64,000 bases of DNA, from positions 32,001 through 96,000 of the forward strand of contig JBBISH010000001.1 in NCBI GenBank assembly GCA_037441385.1, read 5' to 3'. Origin of the DNA: Myxococcales bacterium (GTDB taxonomy: Bacteria; Myxococcota_A; UBA9042). The position numbers and the translations under genes are program-made. Shown here piece after piece: positions 59,909-64,000 of the stretch. Position 1 is the first letter of the stretch. Each line of letters starts with the position of its first letter. The notes under the pieces were generated by a model that saw nothing but the letters and a program-made list of their open reading frames with translations, had not been told where the DNA came from and ran no database searches.

Positions 59909-61741
59909 ATGCGCGTTTGCCTGGAATGCGGCGCCGAAACCGAAGGGCTGTTCTGCCCGACCGACGGCATGGCCACTATCGTCTCGGGCCGCCAGCCGAC
60001 GAGCACTCAACTCCAGCCCCAGACCATTTTTGCCAATCGTTACCGCATCGTCGGTACGTTGGGTCGCGGCGGCATGGGCGCGGTCTACGACGCCCTGCAT
60101 ACCGGCACCGGCCAGCGCGTGGCGATCAAGACGCTGCTCATCGACGCGGCGCACGAACCCCAGGCCGTCAAACGGTTCTTCTACGAGGCCAAACTAACCG
60201 CCGGACTACAACACCCCAATACTATTCGCGTTTTTGATTTTGGTCAAAGCGACGACGGCATCTACTTCTTGGTGATGGAGCGGCTGCAGGGCGAGACGCT
60301 GGGGGAACGCCTGCAGCGCTACGCCGCGGAAGGGCGCACGATGGCCGAAAGCGAGGCCGCGTCGATCGGCGTGGGCGTCCTGCGCAGCCTGGGCGAAGCA
60401 CATCGGGTCGGCCTGGTCCACCGCGATCTGAAGCCCGGCAACATCTTCTTGCACGACATCGGTGGCGGCGAAACTGTAGTCAAAGTACTGGATTTTGGCA
60501 TTGCCAAGCACGGCGAGTCCAACTTGACGCAGTCGGGCACCAGCTTGGGCACCCCTTCGTACATGAGCCCCGAACAGGTAATGGGTCAGGCGATCGATGG
60601 CCGCAGCGATCTGTATTCGCTGGGCATCGTGCTGTACCAGTGCGTGTCGGGCAAGGTGCCATTCCCGGGCGAGTCGTCGTACACCGTGATGATGAAACAG
60701 GTTCACGACCCGGTGCCGGACCTGAGCGAGCTGGGTGGCACCTCCAAGGGCTTTGCCTTCATCGTCCGCCAAGCCATGGCCAAGAAGGTCGACGACCGAT
60801 TTGCCAGCGCCCAGGCGCTCCGCGAGGCCTTGGAACCGGTGGCGCGCGGCGAAGTGGTCCAGGCGCCGGGCGCCATCGAAGACAAGCCGACGCAAGCCCT
60901 GGCGACCGGTCAACTGCCACAGCCTTCGGCCGCACGGCCCCTGCCTTCGCCCCCTGTGAGCGCGACGCCGGGGCCCAGCAGTCCTTCGGCTGGCCACGTG
61001 CCGCCCCCGCCGCCCCCTTCGGCTGTCCCGCCGCCAGCCATGTCGGCGCCGTCGACCAAGATGGCCGCGCGCAAGCCGGGCGGTCCGGGGCAGCACCCCG
61101 AACCCGCGCCGCCGCGGGCGCAAGGCGACGCCCCGGTGGCGGTGACGGCACCCAAGAAGGCGAACTTCTTGCCGATACTGGTCGTCGGCCTCGCCCTCAT
61201 CGCCATCAGTCTGGCGATCGCCTGGTGGTTGCACGGCGACGGTTCCACTCCGCCCGACGCGGCCAGCGCCGATGCCGGCTCGGCGCCCAGTGCCCACCCC
61301 GACGTTGCCCCGGCAGCGCCGCCCCCAACCCAAGACGTTGCTGCGGCCGTCCCAGCTGCCGATGCCGGTTCGGCCGCCGAGGACGTCGACGTCCAGGTCG
61401 CGCAAGACGCCCAAGACGCCATAGATGCAGGCGAAAGCGTTGACACAGCCGACGCCGCGGACACTGCGGATTCGCCCGACGTGGCCAGCGCCGAAGACGT
61501 GGCGGCGGCGGATACCGCAAAAACCGGCGCTGAATCGGGCCTCCTCCCGCCCGAAGCGGGTGCATCGGCCGGCTCAACAGGCGAACCAGCCGGCGGCGAA
61601 CCGGCCAAACCGGTCAAGAAGAAGCCCGTGGTCCAATGGAAGCATGTCTGGGAGCACAAGGGCTACCGCGCGCCGGGTGACGGCCGGCCCAGCGCACCTG
61701 GGTCGCGCCCCTCGCAGCCAGGCACTCGGCCGTCGCGATAA
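59909..61741 (+). CDS. Membrane-anchored Hanks-type Ser/Thr protein kinase
   Basis: N-terminal CxxC..CPxDG; LGRGGMG, HRDLKPGN, DFG, GTPSYMSPE; Pro-rich linker, one TM. Confidence 0.95.
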   Translation: MRVCLECGAETEGLFCPTDGMATIVSGRQPTSTQLQPQTIFANRYRIVGTLGRGGMGAVYDALHTGTGQRVAIKTLLIDAAHEPQAVKRFFYEAKLTAGLQHPNTIRVFDFGQSDDGIYFLVMERLQGETLGERLQRYAAEGRTMAESEAASIGVGVLRSLGEAHRVGLVHRDLKPGNIFLHDIGGGETVVKVLDFGIAKHGESNLTQSGTSLGTPSYMSPEQVMGQAIDGRSDLYSLGIVLYQCVSGKVPFPGESSYTVMMKQVHDPVPDLSELGGTSKGFAFIVRQAMAKKVDDRFASAQALREALEPVARGEVVQAPGAIEDKPTQALATGQLPQPSAARPLPSPPVSATPGPSSPSAGHVPPPPPPSAVPPPAMSAPSTKMAARKPGGPGQHPEPAPPRAQGDAPVAVTAPKKANFLPILVVGLALIAISLAIAWWLHGDGSTPPDAASADAGSAPSAHPDVAPAAPPPTQDVAAAVPAADAGSAAEDVDVQVAQDAQDAIDAGESVDTADAADTADSPDVASAEDVAAADTAKTGAESGLLPPEAGASAGSTGEPAGGEPAKPVKKKPVVQWKHVWEHKGYRAPGDGRPSAPGSRPSQPGTRPSR

Positions 61742-61759
61742 GCCCAGCGACTTTCCGGT

Positions 61760-62983
61760 TCAGTAGACCGACAACCCCATCGACCCGCCCTGCGTCCAGC
61801 CGCCTGCGCTGACGGACGACTGCGCGTAATTGCCGCCGTAGCGCAAGAACATCGCCAGGCGGGTGGTCCACTCGATCTCGAATAGGCCGCCCACGGCGTA
61901 GTAGGGGCGATTCTCGCTGAACTCCGCCCAGTCGCCGCCGCCGGCCTTGGCCCACTCCAAGCCGGCACCGCCGTACGCGCCCAGGTGAAGGCGCCCCAAA
62001 TCCAACGGCATCAGCTGCACTTCCGCGCCCGCGCGCAGGGTCAGGTAGTCGCTTGCGCCAAAAGTGCCCGAGCCGAACTGCGTGCGCGCGACCACGCCCA
62101 CCATCTGAGTGGGGAAGACGCCAAACGCCAGCTCGGCCGCGCCCGCGGGCTGAACCATGCTGCCGCCCAAAGCCACGCCGGTGTAGCCGCCGCCCAACTG
62201 GTAGGTGAATCCTTCGCGATCCAGCGGCGCCCGCCCGCGCAGCCACAGGCCCATGCCCTCTTGGCCCACCAGGACCGCGGTCTCGTCGGGGCGCATGTCG
62301 CCGGGGCGAATCTCGTCCAGCGCCAGGATGCGGTGACCGCCGTTGTCGCTGAGCAAGTGCACCGGGTGGTGCGGGTGAACGGCGACCCAGCCGTCGTGGC
62401 GCGCCCCTTCTGTCGCGGCCAGCGCAACGCCCACAACGATGGCGGTGACCACTAGCACCGCCGCAGCCCCTGCCAGGCTATCGCGATCGGCCTTGCCCTT
62501 GCTGGCCGCGGCCTTGGCGACTTCGCTCATGCCCCCCTTGTCGGCCGGTCCTGGCGAAGGAGTCGCGACGCCGCCTGCCCCAACCGCACCACCGCCGCCG
62601 ACTCGAACATAGTAGGGCGTGTAGAACGGGTCACCCCAGCCGTAGCCACCGTAGTAAGAATAGTGCGGAGTTACAGGCACTCCGACCGGCACGGGCACCG
62701 GCGCGGGTGGCGCGTCGCCCGCCTCGGCTTGCGGACCGGGGTCAAAGGGCGGAGCCGGCGGCACATCGGCCGACGTCGAAAACCGTTGCACAGAGCGAAC
62801 ATGCTTACCCCGTTCGCTGCGGTCGACCTTGCTGAGGCGCTCGATCTCGTCGTGGCTGACCGTGAAGGTGGGCGACAAGCAAGCCGACTGAAGCAGGCCG
62901 GCAAGGGCGACCACGGCAACCGCGCCACTGCGCGCAAAGCGCGCGAGGACCGGGACTGGAATAGGGGAATAGGGCTCGCGCAT
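61760..62983 (-). CDS. Hypothetical lipoprotein with outer-membrane beta-barrel-like C-terminus
   Basis: Lipobox QSAC, alternating beta strands, terminal aromatic residue (GLSVY). Confidence 0.65.
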   Translation of the reverse strand: MREPYSPIPVPVLARFARSGAVAVVALAGLLQSACLSPTFTVSHDEIERLSKVDRSERGKHVRSVQRFSTSADVPPAPPFDPGPQAEAGDAPPAPVPVPVGVPVTPHYSYYGGYGWGDPFYTPYYVRVGGGGAVGAGGVATPSPGPADKGGMSEVAKAAASKGKADRDSLAGAAAVLVVTAIVVGVALAATEGARHDGWVAVHPHHPVHLLSDNGGHRILALDEIRPGDMRPDETAVLVGQEGMGLWLRGRAPLDREGFTYQLGGGYTGVALGGSMVQPAGAAELAFGVFPTQMVGVVARTQFGSGTFGASDYLTLRAGAEVQLMPLDLGRLHLGAYGGAGLEWAKAGGGDWAEFSENRPYYAVGGLFEIEWTTRLAMFLRYGGNYAQSSVSAGGWTQGGSMGLSVY

Positions 62984-63165
62984 GTCGACCTCGCCGCAAG
63001 GATGCTGCCCGGCACTATAGCTCATTTCGGCGCAACCGCACCAATGGCGTGCCGCCCCCCACGCAGGGCATGCAACGGCGAGGCAACCTCGCTATGCTTG
63101 ACGCTTGGCCGCCGCCGCGGCAGCAGGGCAATATGGGGCGGGCGCTCCCGGTCATCGCCAATTGT

Positions 63166-64000
63166 ATGAGTATGTTCAACGCGTTGCCGCATGTCCAGCG
63201 CGCGACACTCGCGGCCAGCGTGGCGGCGGTGGGGCTGCTGGCTTGCCGGCGCGAGGCACCGGAAACGCCCGTGGCCGCACCTGCTTCAACTCAGGCGCCT
63301 GCCCCGGTTGCTGCTGAGTCCGTCCCGCCGCCTCGCTCGCCGCGCATGGGCTGGAGTTCGGGCCGAGTCGAACGCCAAACCATCGATGTGCTGGTGCGCG
63401 CGGACGCGCCTGGGCTCGAGCCCGGCCCGGCCGATGGCGCAATCCGCCCGGTGGCCGATGCGTGGCGGTCCCTGGGCGGCGTAGAGCACGTGGTCACGCG
63501 CGCGCGCGAAGGCGAAGTGCGGGCGCTGATTCGCTTTGACGCTACCGCGCAACTGCCCGACGCGGCCACCGCCGCAGTGGCCTCGGCCTGGCAAGCTCAC
63601 CGGCCGCCCGAGCTGGCAACGCCGCAAATTGCTTGGATTCCCAGAGGGAATCGCGCACGGTTAGGCTGGGCCTTTACCAGTTTTGACGGCGGCGAAGACG
63701 CGACCGCGTTGGCCGTGCAGGTAGCGCCGCAGCTGCTGCAGCAATGGCCGGCCTTGGCGCGCACCGAGGTCGCTGGCACGGTGCGGCCGGTGTTCTTCGT
63801 CGACGTGCTGACCAAGTCCGTGCAAGACCGCGGCTCGACCTTGGCGATGGTGGCGGCCGGGGTGCGAAATGTGCTGCAAAGCCACGCCGGGCAGACCAAG
63901 GTCGACGCGGGGCCGCAATCACAGAACATTTTGCAAGCAGCCGTGGATACGGGGAAAATCGGTGTGCACGATCGCGGCGCGCCCGTGGAATTGAGCCGCG
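63166..64000 (+). CDS. Lipoprotein resembling the RND (AcrB) periplasmic porter domain; runs off the window end
   Basis: Hand-translated open frame to the window end; lipobox LLAC; VLVRADAPGLEP...GGVEHVVTRAREG..LIRFD...PVELSR pattern. Confidence 0.55.
   Translation, partial: MSMFNALPHVQRATLAASVAAVGLLACRREAPETPVAAPASTQAPAPVAAESVPPPRSPRMGWSSGRVERQTIDVLVRADAPGLEPGPADGAIRPVADAWRSLGGVEHVVTRAREGEVRALIRFDATAQLPDAATAAVASAWQAHRPPELATPQIAWIPRGNRARLGWAFTSFDGGEDATALAVQVAPQLLQQWPALARTEVAGTVRPVFFVDVLTKSVQDRGSTLAMVAAGVRNVLQSHAGQTKVDAGPQSQNILQAAVDTGKIGVHDRGAPVELSR

Overview
This is a GC-rich bacterial chromosome segment that looks like Myxococcota/Deltaproteobacteria (myxosortase-like protease, Cys-rich lipoproteins, Ser/Thr kinase, Myxococcus-type LexA box). 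Most of it is housekeeping or metabolic: LeuD-LeuC-like dehydratase, argG, prs, uvrA, fadN/fadA, dnaB, rapZ, rpoN, MoxR-DUF58-BatA, S9 peptidase, GH31, pseudouridine synthase and speD. I found no rRNA, tRNA, CRISPR array, integrase or transposase. The most notable part is a ~6.2-kb accessory island between prs and uvrA. It carries two copies of a ~120-bp sigma54-type module (palindromic UAS, IHF-like site, -24/-12), each upstream of a VapBC-type toxin-antitoxin unit. One vapC is frameshifted by an exact 13-bp tandem duplication. The island also has an XRE-S24 regulator with a 132-bp repeat inserted in frame, and a Cys-rich somatomedin-B/transglutaminase-like lipoprotein paired with a C2-like lipoprotein. 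Elsewhere there are several nested MITE-like elements, a 15-bp intergenic motif in three copies, a sigma54 with two insertions and its own sigma54 promoter, a 915-aa 14-Cys-repeat lipoprotein bracketed by 45-bp inverted repeats, and a lipoprotein resembling an RND porter domain. All family calls come from motif recognition by eye, not database searches.
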